Source of the DNA: a virus
Taxonomy: Duplodnaviria; Caudoviricetes
Strand: one strand, 5' to 3'
IMG/VR virus record: IMGVR_UViG_3300033552_000007
Span: 1 to 58,634 of that record
DNA length: 58,634 nt
The translations under genes and the position numbers were made by a program. Positions within the stretch are counted from its first letter, which is position 1; the number at the start of each line of letters is the position of its first letter. Positions 8,945 through 17,404 of the stretch are shown here, piece by piece. The notes beneath the pieces were generated by a model that saw nothing but the letters and a program-made list of their open reading frames with translations, made no database searches and had not been told where the DNA came from.

Positions 8945-9265
8945 CTAGCGCTGGATCATCGCTTTAGCCGCGATAAGAATTGCGGTTTGCGCTTCTGGTG
9001 TCATTTGATCTAATACCGCCATCATTTCGGATTTTAGATACCTAACATTATTAAGGTCTTGTTCGCCCTTACCAGTAATTAAGTATTCGGGCGTGGTGCC
9101 TAACGCTGTTGCAATCTTAATAAGAATATGCGCTCGATGCTCAGTAATCGTTTCGCTTTCGTAATCAGATATTGTTGGTTGAGATACGCCTGCTAACCTA
9201 CTTAGTCCACGTTGTGACATATTTTTATCAATTCTCAATTTTTTAATTCTTGCGCCGATAGACAT
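8945..9265 (-). CDS. cI: CI-like repressor (XRE HTH, no S24 peptidase domain)
   Basis: IGARIKKLR...SQRGLSRLAGVSQPTISDYE; divergent from cro. Confidence 0.85.
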   Translation of the reverse strand: MSIGARIKKLRIDKNMSQRGLSRLAGVSQPTISDYESETITEHRAHILIKIATALGTTPEYLITGKGEQDLNNVRYLKSEMMAVLDQMTPEAQTAILIAAKAMIQR

Positions 9266-9406
9266 ACATTAATCCTTTTTTTCTGTGCTGTACACCACTT
9301 AATATGACATAAATGTGACAAATATATTTTTATTGAATAATTCTGGATTGTTTCCCAGCTTATTATTATATAAGCCAACCAAAAAGAGTGGGCTATCAAT
9401 AAAAAC

Positions 9407-9435
9407 TTGCAAAGTGATAGAGTTGCCTATAGAAT
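9407..9435 (+). promoter_or_regulatory. PR promoter (TTGCAA-17-TAGAAT) with operator GATAG-AGTTGC-CTATA at 9416-9431
   Basis: Operator is nearly the reverse complement of the OL site at 8854-8869. Confidence 0.8.
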
Positions 9436-9443
9436 TAGACCCT

Positions 9444-9626
9444 ATGACACTAGACCAACTTATAAAACACTTCGGCTCACAGCGAAAAGCGGCTAAAGCG
9501 CTTGGTTTATCACAACCATCTATATGCGCATGGGGCCATGGCATACCTTTTGGTAGGCAATGCCAAATCCAATTGTTAACCGGCGGCGTCTTGCAAGCTA
9601 ATCCAATACAGAAAAAAGCGGCATAA
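9444..9626 (+). CDS. cro: Cro-like repressor
   Basis: LIKHFGSQRKAAKALGLSQPSICAW...IPFGRQCQIQLLTGGVL; ATG at 9444. Confidence 0.85.
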   Translation: MTLDQLIKHFGSQRKAAKALGLSQPSICAWGHGIPFGRQCQIQLLTGGVLQANPIQKKAA

Positions 9627-9628
9627 CG

Positions 9629-9853
9629 ATGGCAGAAGACCTCTACGATGCGCGAATCAAGATGACGGTACTCACTGCAAAGTGGGTGGCTGCCGAGGTC
9701 GCGGCTACCGGAACTAAACAACCAGAAATTCTTAGAGAAGCTTTGCATTTGTACGCCCAATCAAAAATTAATGAGTTCAATTTACGCCATAAATCTTATA
9801 CAGCAAAGGGATTGCTCGGGGATAACTGGGGGATTAGGGAAGGTAAAGAATGA
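9629..9853 (+). CDS. CII-position regulator (RHH-like)
   Basis: Position after cro; EILREALHLY helix. Confidence 0.5.
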   Translation: MAEDLYDARIKMTVLTAKWVAAEVAATGTKQPEILREALHLYAQSKINEFNLRHKSYTAKGLLGDNWGIREGKE

Positions 9854-9944
9854 ACTGCACTAACGAAACCTTATTGATTGTTTACCTTTTAATCGGCGTA
9901 GCAACTGGCGCTTTTCTAATGTGGGTTTGGATGAAGGACTACGA

Positions 9945-10205
9945 ATGATTAACAACAATACACAAGCAGGCCGATTGCTAGAGCATTTACAAGCTGGCGG
10001 CACAATTACCAGTTTAGAAGCTTACACAGCGCTAGGCATTACACAGCTAGCCGCACGCTTAACCGATATTGAAAACGATGGCTACAAGTTAAGCCGAGAA
10101 TGGATCACTGTTGAAAATCGCTTTAATGAAGATTGCCGCGTGATTCGCTATTCGCTTGATACAAGTGTTGCTGAAAATGCGGACTTATTGAAGGTGGCGG
10201 CTTAA
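9945..10205 (+). CDS. Winged helix-turn-helix protein
   Basis: TQAGRLLEHLQAGGTITSLEA...LAARLTDI pattern. Confidence 0.75.
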   Translation: MINNNTQAGRLLEHLQAGGTITSLEAYTALGITQLAARLTDIENDGYKLSREWITVENRFNEDCRVIRYSLDTSVAENADLLKVAA

Positions 10206-11060
10206 ATGAACTACTACGAACGGCACTTAGGCGATTATGCGCGTGATACAGGGCATTTAACTATGCTTGAGCATGGCGCTTATACATTGCTTATGGATCG
10301 TTATTACGTTAGTGAATCTGGCATACCAGAAGATCAAGCACACAGATTGGCGCATGCCCGTAGTAAAGAAGAAAAACTAGCCGTTGATGCCGTATTGAAA
10401 GAGTTTTTTAAGTTAAAAGATGGCGTTTGGATTAAAGGCCGCATTGAAGAAGAAATAACCAAAGCCCAAACCAAAATTAAAGCGGCCCAAGAAAATGGTA
10501 AGCGTGGTGGACGCCCTAAATCAAACCCAGATGAATCTAAAAATAAACCCAGTGGGTTATCGTTGGGTTCTGAAAATGAAACCCAAGGCAAAGCTCACCA
10601 ACCACCAACCACCAATCACCAATCACCAGGTATTAATAAACCCCCCCTTGTAGAAGTTTTACCAGTTGTGGAACCAACACCAATTGGGCGGGTTTGCGTT
10701 GCCATCAAACAAGTTTACGACTTGGCAAATAGGCCGATTATTGACATGAACCAAGACAACCCAACGTTTACAGCCTTGTTGGAAGCAGGCGCGACAGTTG
10801 GTGAGTTTACTGCCGCCGCAAAGCGATCAGCAGATACGGGCAAAGGGTTTGGTTATTTAATTGCAATTGTTAAGCGAGAGCGCGAAGAAGCGTTGAATCT
10901 CAAGCTTCACGTTGGCGCTTTACCAGCAACAAACAGCCGTGAAGCAGGCCGCAACATCGCAGCCAAATCATTCTTTACACCCGAATACACCCAGCACTTG
11001 CAGGGCAATCAACCAAACCTAGTGGAGTTAGAAAATGAAGTCAGAGCCATTGCAAATTGA
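10206..11060 (+). CDS. Replication initiator, DUF1376/YdaU family (O-position)
   Basis: MNYYERHLGDYARDTGHLTMLEHGAYTLLMDRYY; NGKRGGRP. Confidence 0.85.
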   Translation: MNYYERHLGDYARDTGHLTMLEHGAYTLLMDRYYVSESGIPEDQAHRLAHARSKEEKLAVDAVLKEFFKLKDGVWIKGRIEEEITKAQTKIKAAQENGKRGGRPKSNPDESKNKPSGLSLGSENETQGKAHQPPTTNHQSPGINKPPLVEVLPVVEPTPIGRVCVAIKQVYDLANRPIIDMNQDNPTFTALLEAGATVGEFTAAAKRSADTGKGFGYLIAIVKREREEALNLKLHVGALPATNSREAGRNIAAKSFFTPEYTQHLQGNQPNLVELENEVRAIAN

Positions 11061-11508
11061 GTGGGTTACTAAGATTTTCATGCGCTTGCATGGCCGTTTT
11101 GGTAACGCGTTTTTTGATAAATTCCGCATTGGCGAATTGAATCAAACAGGCCAAGACCTTGGTGTTGAAAACGCAAAGCAAGTCTGGTCGCAAGAATTAA
11201 CAGGCATCAGCGCAGAGCGAATCAAGGCCGCCCTAGATTCAAATTACGAGTACCCGCCAAGTTGTGACGAGTTCAAAGCAAATTGCAAGGTTAAAGCCCA
11301 GCAGCAGGATTACAAAGCTTTGCCAGCTCCGAACAACAAAGAAGCGAACAAAGAATACGCCGATAACGTGGTGCAATTCATCTCGCAAAACGATAAGCCA
11401 AAACAGGATTATCGCGCATGGATTAAAAGGGTAATGGCTAACCCTAGCGCATGGCCAGAAATAACGATCCAGAAAGCCAAAGAAGTGTTGGCAGAGCAGG
11501 CGGCGTGA
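11035..11508 (+). CDS. Replication protein P-like helicase loader
   Basis: KIFMRLHGRFG...W...YPPSCDEF pattern; follows the O-like gene. Confidence 0.65.
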   Translation: MKSEPLQIEWVTKIFMRLHGRFGNAFFDKFRIGELNQTGQDLGVENAKQVWSQELTGISAERIKAALDSNYEYPPSCDEFKANCKVKAQQQDYKALPAPNNKEANKEYADNVVQFISQNDKPKQDYRAWIKRVMANPSAWPEITIQKAKEVLAEQAA

Positions 11509-11698
11509 AATGCGCCCACTGCGAAACCAACAGCCCACTTTACAACATGACGCAAATTTGTTGTTTAGCGCGCCATGTTGTAAACGGCTTTTACCCAAGC
11601 ATTGAAGCCAGAAAGAGTTACCCGCAACAGTTGGCCAGTAGATACAAAGTTGATTTAAAAGATTTGATTAATGCAGTTAACGAAACGAAAGGTACGAA

Positions 11699-11914
11699 AT
11701 GTTAAGCAATGATTTAAGAGCAGAACTAATAGCAGCGTCCAGGATTGAATCATTAATATCGCGTGGTAATTGCTGGGCCAGAAATGATGCGATAAATGAA
11801 ATTACAGAACGCGCAATAGCCAGCCAACCATCTGCTTTTCAAGACATTGTTTTGCGCGATAGAAAAAAGAAGTTGAAAGAAAAAACTGCGTTAGTTAATT
11901 CTTTGATCGCATAA
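11699..11914 (+). CDS. Hypothetical protein
   Basis: AAAGGT RBS, coupled. Confidence 0.5.
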   Translation: MLSNDLRAELIAASRIESLISRGNCWARNDAINEITERAIASQPSAFQDIVLRDRKKKLKEKTALVNSLIA

Positions 11915-11916
11915 AA

Positions 11917-12105
11917 ATGATAACGATTAAATCGAATATTGAGTTTTTGACTAATTACGTTAATACACGAAGAGGCGTAGAAGGTAGCGATAAGTACATC
12001 AGTGGGATTGAAACTAATCGGCACCTTGACTACGCCATTGAATCATTAATACAAATGCAATCCATCATTGACGATGCCAATACAAGCGAGGTGCAACGTG
12101 GCTAA
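11917..12105 (+). CDS. Hypothetical protein
   Basis: ORF in the nin-like region. Confidence 0.5.
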   Translation: MITIKSNIEFLTNYVNTRRGVEGSDKYISGIETNRHLDYAIESLIQMQSIIDDANTSEVQRG

Positions 12106-12475
12106 ATCATATAAAACATCACTAATTTTAACTATTGCCAGCATAGCAATAGCCTTTAACGCCCACGCAGACGATGGCGCACACGATGAGCCTGTCGTAA
12201 CACAAAACCCGTTAATCGGCACTACTAGCAATCCTAGCCCTATACGCAATGTACCGACTGCCATAGCGCCAAGTGTGAATAATTCGCAAATTTGCCCGAT
12301 GGTGATGCAAGGCAGTAAAGCTGGCAGTGTTTTCTTTTTCAGCGCCAGCGGCACGCATAACCCAGACATAGTGGCTTTGTGTGTGGCTTGGCACTTAGAC
12401 CAGCTGGACGTAGTGGAGCGCATAACTTGTGAGGCTAGCCCTGCGTACAGGCGCGCTAATCCTAATTGTAAATAA
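12098..12475 (+). CDS. Secreted Cys-containing protein (GTG start)
   Basis: GAGG RBS; signal peptide ending AHA; four Cys. Confidence 0.65.
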   Translation: MAKSYKTSLILTIASIAIAFNAHADDGAHDEPVVTQNPLIGTTSNPSPIRNVPTAIAPSVNNSQICPMVMQGSKAGSVFFFSASGTHNPDIVALCVAWHLDQLDVVERITCEASPAYRRANPNCK

Positions 12476-12506
12476 ATTAATTAACGCATTGGAATAAGGC
12501 TAAAAA

Positions 12507-12683
12507 ATGATAACGATTGAGTTGTGCAAAATCTGCGGTAAAGAGCTTGCGAAAGTGACTGAATGTGCTTGGACTAGCTGCCCTAAGTGGTTAGTGGACT
12601 GGGATGAAGAGCGCATGGATCGCATCGGCCAAAACGGTAATGATGCGGCAGTTTACGATGAAGTGAAAGCAAAAAATGATTAA
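12507..12683 (+). CDS. Small C4 Zn-binding protein with DEERMDRIGQNGND motif (not in ORF track)
   Basis: CKIC...C...C; AAGG RBS. Confidence 0.55.
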   Translation: MITIELCKICGKELAKVTECAWTSCPKWLVDWDEERMDRIGQNGNDAAVYDEVKAKND

Positions 12684-12813
12684 CAAAGTCCTTTGCAAAA
12701 CCTGTATGCGCTTTAAAGATCCTGCAACTACTGTCACTCGCTTTGATGCCTCCGGCCGTAAGAAAGTACGTTGTGCGGAGTGTGTGGCTAATATTAAGGC
12801 GGCTAAAAAGTGA
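12676..12813 (+). CDS. Small Zn-ribbon protein (not in ORF track)
   Basis: CKTC...CAEC; overlaps both neighbours. Confidence 0.5.
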   Translation: MINKVLCKTCMRFKDPATTVTRFDASGRKKVRCAECVANIKAAKK

Positions 12814-13259
12814 ACCAGATTGTTTTGCATAACGCTACTCAAGGCCACCAAGCTATTACCAAGCTTTGGCCCACGATCAAAATTGACTTAATTGCCGGAC
12901 ATAAAAAGTTAATTGAGGTGCGCGACATTGAGGACAAGTTAAGCGATCAACAAAGACGTTATTACCATGGCTACATTTTAAATGAGGTAGCCAAGCAGGT
13001 AAAAGTTGATGGTAATCAGTACAGCCTAGCAACATGGAAAGAGCATTTTAGAAAAACGTATTTAGGCAGTAAGCGCATTAAAACGGTGAACCCGATTACA
13101 GGTAAGAAAAGCCATTACATGAAACGAGTAAGCAGCGAGGATTTAGGCGTGCGCGGCTACACCAGGCTTATTGATTTAGTAACCAATGTGGCCACGGCAG
13201 ATTTAGGCGTGAATTTTTACATTGATTTTGATACATGGATTGCAGAAAACGAGATATGA
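12810..13259 (+). CDS. NinB-like protein
   Basis: SDQQRRYYHG...WKEHFRKTYLG...SSEDL. Confidence 0.7.
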   Translation: MNQIVLHNATQGHQAITKLWPTIKIDLIAGHKKLIEVRDIEDKLSDQQRRYYHGYILNEVAKQVKVDGNQYSLATWKEHFRKTYLGSKRIKTVNPITGKKSHYMKRVSSEDLGVRGYTRLIDLVTNVATADLGVNFYIDFDTWIAENEI

Positions 13260-13747
13260 AAAAACAATCAAAGCGCACCGCGCGCCCTGTAAACAAACAC
13301 GCGTTTTTAATCGTGATTCAAGGTGTTAAGCCTTTAACAGAAGAGCAGAAATTGCTGCTGTTTAAACGCACGATTAAAGCTCTTAATTCCATGCAGTTCG
13401 GCGTGAATCTTACTAAGTACGATTTTACATCGCTATGCGACATGCTCAATGTATCACTATTGCTGGCCGAGAAAGGCAATGGCCGCGATTCACTGCCAGA
13501 GCTTTACGAAGCGCGCGAGGCCCTTCAAGACGCAACGCAGCGCTTTATCAATACAGAGAAGCTGGGATTTTACGGCCCCGAATTGAAAGCCGTAAAGGTG
13601 GCGCTAACCATTCATCAAGCACAGCTTGAGCTTTGCACATTTGGTGAATTGAATGAGGCTTTAAACGAGCAAGAGAGGCGTATTGCAAAGGGTAAGACTT
13701 ATAACCGTGATGGTGATTTAACAATACAACAGAGGATAGCAGCATGA
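13256..13747 (+). CDS. Conserved phage nin-region protein
   Basis: Long ORF with ATGA coupling. Confidence 0.65.
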   Translation: MKKQSKRTARPVNKHAFLIVIQGVKPLTEEQKLLLFKRTIKALNSMQFGVNLTKYDFTSLCDMLNVSLLLAEKGNGRDSLPELYEAREALQDATQRFINTEKLGFYGPELKAVKVALTIHQAQLELCTFGELNEALNEQERRIAKGKTYNRDGDLTIQQRIAA

Positions 13748-13986
13748 AAAATATTGAAGTAGCAATTTATGAACAAAATAACGAAGAAATAAAAGACATA
13801 GTTACTTTTGTTTTAGAGAAAAAAGGCATTACGTTAAAGGATTACGATATGGAAATTCTTAGTAAAAAACAGCGCCATCGCTTATTTTTAGCGGCAAAGT
13901 TGATGATGATTACTTTTGGCACGCCAGAAGAATTGGAAGAAGAATATCACCCATCGCCATTGTGTGATGGCTGCGGTCTTTTATAG
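13744..13986 (+). CDS. Hypothetical protein
   Basis: GAGGA RBS, ATGA overlap. Confidence 0.55.
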   Translation: MKNIEVAIYEQNNEEIKDIVTFVLEKKGITLKDYDMEILSKKQRHRLFLAAKLMMITFGTPEELEEEYHPSPLCDGCGLL

Positions 13987-14013
13987 CAATGTTGATAACG
14001 AGAGTAAAGCGGC

Positions 14014-14280
14014 ATGAAAGTATCTGAACGCTTGCACCTTGCCAAAGTGGCCGCGCTTGGTTGCATTATTTGCCAACGCCAAGCAGAAATCCATCATATC
14101 CGCCATGGCGTAGGTATGGGCCAGCGCAGTAAGCACGATAAAGCAATCCCACTATGCCCAGACCATCATCGTACAGGTGGCCACGGCGTAGCTTTGCATG
14201 CAGGGCAAAAAACGTTTGAGGCTAATTTTGGTACTGAATTACAACTTTTAGAAAAAACGATTGGATTAATTAATGTGTAG
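14014..14280 (+). CDS. Ref-like / HNH-type recombination-enhancement nuclease
   Basis: LGCIIC...EIHHIRHG...IPLCPDHHR...FEANFGTE. Confidence 0.8.
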   Translation: MKVSERLHLAKVAALGCIICQRQAEIHHIRHGVGMGQRSKHDKAIPLCPDHHRTGGHGVALHAGQKTFEANFGTELQLLEKTIGLINV

Positions 14281-14659
14281 AGTAAACGACACCTCGCAAG
14301 ATTCAATCCCGATTCGCCGCGCTATTCTTGCGTTGCTAGACGGTAAGAAGTTAATCGGCAAAGACATTCACAAACAACTCAACACGCAAGACAGTTACAA
14401 CAGGTTTTCTTATCACATGGAAGTATTAGTAACAGCCGGCAACATTAAAAAAGACGGCAAACAGGGCAATAACTTTTTATATAAAGTGATAAACCCAGAT
14501 TATCAGCCTACTTTTTACGAAAAGGGCGATGAAGAGGAAAGTAGTGAGCCGTTAAGGATTGTTGGCAATAGAACAATTGTGTCATGTGACTACAAAGACA
14601 ATTCAATCACCAGGCAAAAGCATAGCCCGTGGATTGGTTCAAGTTTGGGGGGGTTATGA
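14273..14659 (+). CDS. Winged-helix protein
   Basis: RRAILALLDGKKL...YHMEVLVTAGNI. Confidence 0.55.
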   Translation: MCRVNDTSQDSIPIRRAILALLDGKKLIGKDIHKQLNTQDSYNRFSYHMEVLVTAGNIKKDGKQGNNFLYKVINPDYQPTFYEKGDEEESSEPLRIVGNRTIVSCDYKDNSITRQKHSPWIGSSLGGL

Positions 14660-15069
14660 TTATAGGAATTGATGCCGATTTTGTAGCAAGCGGCGTAGCT
14701 ACTCTTAACCAAGAATCTAAGCGCATTGAAATGACAAATTTAACGTTTGTTGAATTACTTTTGTACGTGAGAAAGCACAAGGACGATATTGCGTGCGTTT
14801 ACCTTGAGGCTGGCTGGCTGAACTTAAAGGCAAGCTGGCACGCGGCAAGCAATATGAGCGTGGCGGCAAAAATAGGCCGTAGCGTTGGACTTAATCACGC
14901 CACTGGCATTTTATTGCAACAGTGTATTGAGGCCGAGCAAATCAAGGTTGTATTGGTAAAACCCACAAAATCAAAGTTGGACGCTGGACAGTTTGCAAAA
15001 TTGACAGGCATTAAGACGCGCACTAATTCAGAAACGCGCGATGCCGCAATGCTTGTTTTCGGTAGATAA
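14656..15069 (+). CDS. RuvC-like (RNase H fold) Holliday junction resolvase
   Basis: IIGIDAD, VYLE and ETRDAAML acidic motifs. Confidence 0.75.
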   Translation: MIIGIDADFVASGVATLNQESKRIEMTNLTFVELLLYVRKHKDDIACVYLEAGWLNLKASWHAASNMSVAAKIGRSVGLNHATGILLQQCIEAEQIKVVLVKPTKSKLDAGQFAKLTGIKTRTNSETRDAAMLVFGR

Positions 15070-15085
15070 ATTACAGGGCCTATAA

Positions 15086-15526
15086 ATGAGTGAATATAAC
15101 AAAAAAGATATGCAGGATTTAATCAAGCGCCATTTAGATTGGCTTTACACGCGCCGATTTTACGCACCGCCGCAACAGGTTAATATCCTGGCAAGGCTTC
15201 AAGTAGACAGGCGCAGAAGCACTGAACCACCAGACGCGCGTAATGATTCAATGTGTGCGGCCTATAATTTAATAATTGAAGATGCAGCAAAATGTGACAC
15301 GGCTTACTTTAAAGCCTTTTTCTTTGTGTATTACAAAGATTTTCGCATTGATCCGCAAACAGGAAAGCCAACGCTTTTAAAGACGCTGGCTGATGAACTT
15401 GGAATTGATGCAAGCAGTGTGTACGACAGAGCAAAGATTGCAGCGACTTACTACTACAACCTTACAATTAAGCTGAATGACTTAAACGCTAAGTTGCAAA
15501 GAGAAGTAGAGGAATTTATTGACTAG
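15086..15526 (+). CDS. Q-like late antiterminator
   Basis: Last early-right gene; C-terminal HTH (KTLADELGIDASSVYDR). Confidence 0.6.
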   Translation: MSEYNKKDMQDLIKRHLDWLYTRRFYAPPQQVNILARLQVDRRRSTEPPDARNDSMCAAYNLIIEDAAKCDTAYFKAFFFVYYKDFRIDPQTGKPTLLKTLADELGIDASSVYDRAKIAATYYYNLTIKLNDLNAKLQREVEEFID

Positions 15527-15686
15527 GATTAGTATCTTCAAGCGTATTGCGCAACCAGCGCACGCCTAGCGCCTTTAGCTTTGCCCAATGAGCATCGCTA
15601 AGGCGTATGGTACGGTTAAGCGCTTTATCTTCTTTAATCGGTGCGCCAGCGTTAGGGCGTGCGCCGCCGCGTGGTTTAGTTGGCAT
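15516..15686 (-). CDS. AT-hook-like + ribbon-helix-helix protein (56 aa, not in ORF track)
   Basis: MPTKPRGGARPNAGAP...NRTIRLSDAHWAKLKALGVRWLRNTLE; AAGGA RBS. Confidence 0.7.
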   Translation of the reverse strand: MPTKPRGGARPNAGAPIKEDKALNRTIRLSDAHWAKLKALGVRWLRNTLEDTNPSQ

Positions 15687-15975
15687 TTTTAATTTCTTTC
15701 AGAATCAATCTGCCTATGTTATCCCTAAATTTGTAAAAAGCGTTTTTATGTTCGTAAGCTTGAAGCATTAGCAATGTTGTTTTTTTACTTAACTCATTGC
15801 TTTCATGATCGAAATAAATCCTAAAATCATCTTGTATATCGAATACACCAAGAACCGAGCATACCGCCATGTAGTTGATAGATAAGTAATGCTTTTCGTT
15901 AGCCTCGCACCAATCCCAAACCTTACTCAAGCTTTTGTTTGAAAGCGCCACAAAGCGCTTTTCTTTATTGTCCAT
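15676..15975 (-). CDS. Hypothetical protein, leftward accessory operon
   Basis: AAGGA RBS. Confidence 0.6.
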   Translation of the reverse strand: MDNKEKRFVALSNKSLSKVWDWCEANEKHYLSINYMAVCSVLGVFDIQDDFRIYFDHESNELSKKTTLLMLQAYEHKNAFYKFRDNIGRLILKEIKNAN

Positions 15976-15984
15976 GATAATTCC

Positions 15985-16188
15985 TTATAAATTTAAGTCT
16001 GGTAAGATTTTAGCTAATGCTTGCAAGCCTTTTGACGCCTCGCATTGCGCCTCGTAGTTATCCATAAAGCCAGGATCAGTTGCATAGCGCAGTAGATTAG
16101 CAAGCGAAGTCATCGCAATTGAAACGGCCAGTAGCGTTTGGTCTGGTTCTGGCAATGCGTTTAAAGTTGGTTTTTGATTATCAGTCAT
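15985..16188 (-). CDS. Hypothetical protein, leftward accessory operon
   Basis: AGGAG RBS before MTDNQK. Confidence 0.6.
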   Translation of the reverse strand: MTDNQKPTLNALPEPDQTLLAVSIAMTSLANLLRYATDPGFMDNYEAQCEASKGLQALAKILPDLNL

Positions 16189-16189
16189 G

Positions 16190-16414
16190 TTAATAAACTC
16201 CTGCTTCTGCATCTCTTATTAACTGCAAGCCACCTAAACCAAAGACATTTTCTAAAATATCCACATCATCATCTAAATCATGATTTCTAAGAATAGCTAA
16301 TATCCTTTCATTGCTTGGTTCTTCACTCATTAACGCGCTAGAATTGGCGTTGCTTTCTTTGATTTCGTTGATAATCTGTGTAAGTATTTTGTTCATTGCT
16401 TCTGTGTGTGTCAT
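16190..16414 (-). CDS. Hypothetical protein, leftward accessory operon
   Basis: AAGGGA RBS before MTHTEA. Confidence 0.6.
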   Translation of the reverse strand: MTHTEAMNKILTQIINEIKESNANSSALMSEEPSNERILAILRNHDLDDDVDILENVFGLGGLQLIRDAEAGVY

Positions 16415-16441
16415 GATGTTCCCTTCTTTTGTGTTAATCAT

Positions 16442-16639
16442 TTAGGCAGCTCTGAAATAACGGCCACATTCAGTACCAAGAACGCCATTCATATCAAGTT
16501 CACCATAAATCATAGGCAGTTCGTTAATATTAATTTCAATTGCATCAAATGGCTTAAATTCTTCACGTTGAGTAAATACTGATTTGTTTGAAATAATGTA
16601 GTTATCAGTACCGTTCCAAACAATTTTAGTGTTAGTCAT
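16442..16639 (-). CDS. Hypothetical protein, first gene of the leftward accessory operon
   Basis: GGGAG RBS; TTGCAT...TATTAT promoter-like sequence upstream (~16686-16713). Confidence 0.6.
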   Translation of the reverse strand: MTNTKIVWNGTDNYIISNKSVFTQREEFKPFDAIEININELPMIYGELDMNGVLGTECGRYFRAA

Positions 16640-16874
16640 TTTAGTATCTCCATTTTGGCTTGCGTGATTGCTTACCTGATGTAGCTATAATATACCTACT
16701 ATTGAATAATGCAATGTCAATTATCAATATAAGTTGAATAAATTAGTCATTGTTGTTTTTTAGGATAAAAACCCAATAAAAAGGCTTCCTAAAATTCAGA
16801 AATATTTGATATGATGTTGAAAACGTGGGATCTAAGACTACGTTTTTTGTGTTAATCCTTCCCAGAGCTAATTT

Positions 16875-16899
16875 GCCCCGATGTTTGGGGCGTTTTTTT
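16875..16899 (+). terminator. tR'-like intrinsic terminator
   Basis: gccccg-atgtt-tggggc plus T7; downstream of a TGaTATGAT extended -10 near 16807. Confidence 0.7.
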
Positions 16900-16902
16900 G
16901 GG

Positions 16903-16982
16903 GATTGCGCTAAGAAGTAAGATTATTAGGCATTATTGGCAAGACACGCCGGAATTTCGGTAATAATCTTACTTATTAGTGT
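16903..16982 (+). ncRNA. Structured RNA element A (22-bp closing stem)
   Basis: gcgctaagaagtaagattatta pairs with taataatcttacttattagtgt. Confidence 0.5.
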
Positions 16983-17008
16983 TTTTGTTATTTCATTTGA
17001 TTAAACTT

Positions 17009-17104
17009 TGGTATAATATTTAACAGTGTTATTCCGTCTAGTCTGAAATATGACTTGGCAACAAGCCCTCATACGAGTCCAATCGTATTTGGGCTTTTTC
17101 TTTT
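17009..17104 (+). ncRNA. Candidate ~80-nt sRNA with its own extended -10 promoter and terminator
   Basis: TGgTATAAT at 17009-17017; aagccc...gggctttttc terminator at 17063-17104. Confidence 0.45.
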
Positions 17105-17106
17105 GA

Positions 17107-17234
17107 GATTGCATTAAGAAGTATGGTCGTTGAATGGTATAGAGTGCTGGAGTAATTCAGTTCTGCGCTAATCAATCTGTTCGCTACTGGAAACCGAGAG
17201 CCAGTCAAAACAATGGCCATACTTGTTAGTGTAG
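17107..17234 (+). ncRNA. Structured RNA element B (paralog of A, GNRA-capped internal hairpins)
   Basis: gcattaagaagtatggtcgttg pairs with caatggccatacttgttagtgt; ctgga-GTAA-ttcag hairpin. Confidence 0.5.
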
Positions 17235-17249
17235 CGATATAAATTAAGT

Positions 17250-17330
17250 GGCGAGTTAGTTCAAAGCTTAGAATAACAATCTTAATGATTGTGGGTTGGG
17301 GGCGCAGTTCCGAACTCCCTACATGCCACC
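17250..17330 (+). tRNA. Degenerate tRNA-like element, anticodon TAA (Leu) at 17283-17285
   Basis: Acceptor GGCGAGT/ACATGCC, D arm GTTC/GAAT, anticodon stem ACAAT/ATTGT; T-loop expanded and non-canonical, U at position 37, ends ACC(G). Confidence 0.5.
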
Positions 17331-17374
17331 GTTAAACGCGGATAGATTTATAAACAGGAACACACTAACAAAAG

Positions 17375-17404
17375 AAGCTCATTCTTAACGGAATGGGCTT
17401 TTTG
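17375..17404 (+). terminator. Intrinsic terminator
   Basis: aagctcattc-ttaacg-gaatgggctt plus T-run. Confidence 0.65.

Noticed and set aside
9299-9760. 153-aa minus-strand ORF and the upstream extension of cro from 9315
   Set aside because: Antisense shadow of cro/cII; the extension would run through the PR promoter and operators
2357-16639. Frequent C-terminal AA endings (xis, YqaJ, cro, P-like and others) as a novel signal
   Set aside because: Common in lambdoid early proteins (ClpXP-type tags or overlap with the next RBS); not distinctive
17250-17330. Suppressor tRNA or alternative genetic code
   Set aside because: Anticodon register reads TAA (Leu), and genes are intact under the standard code
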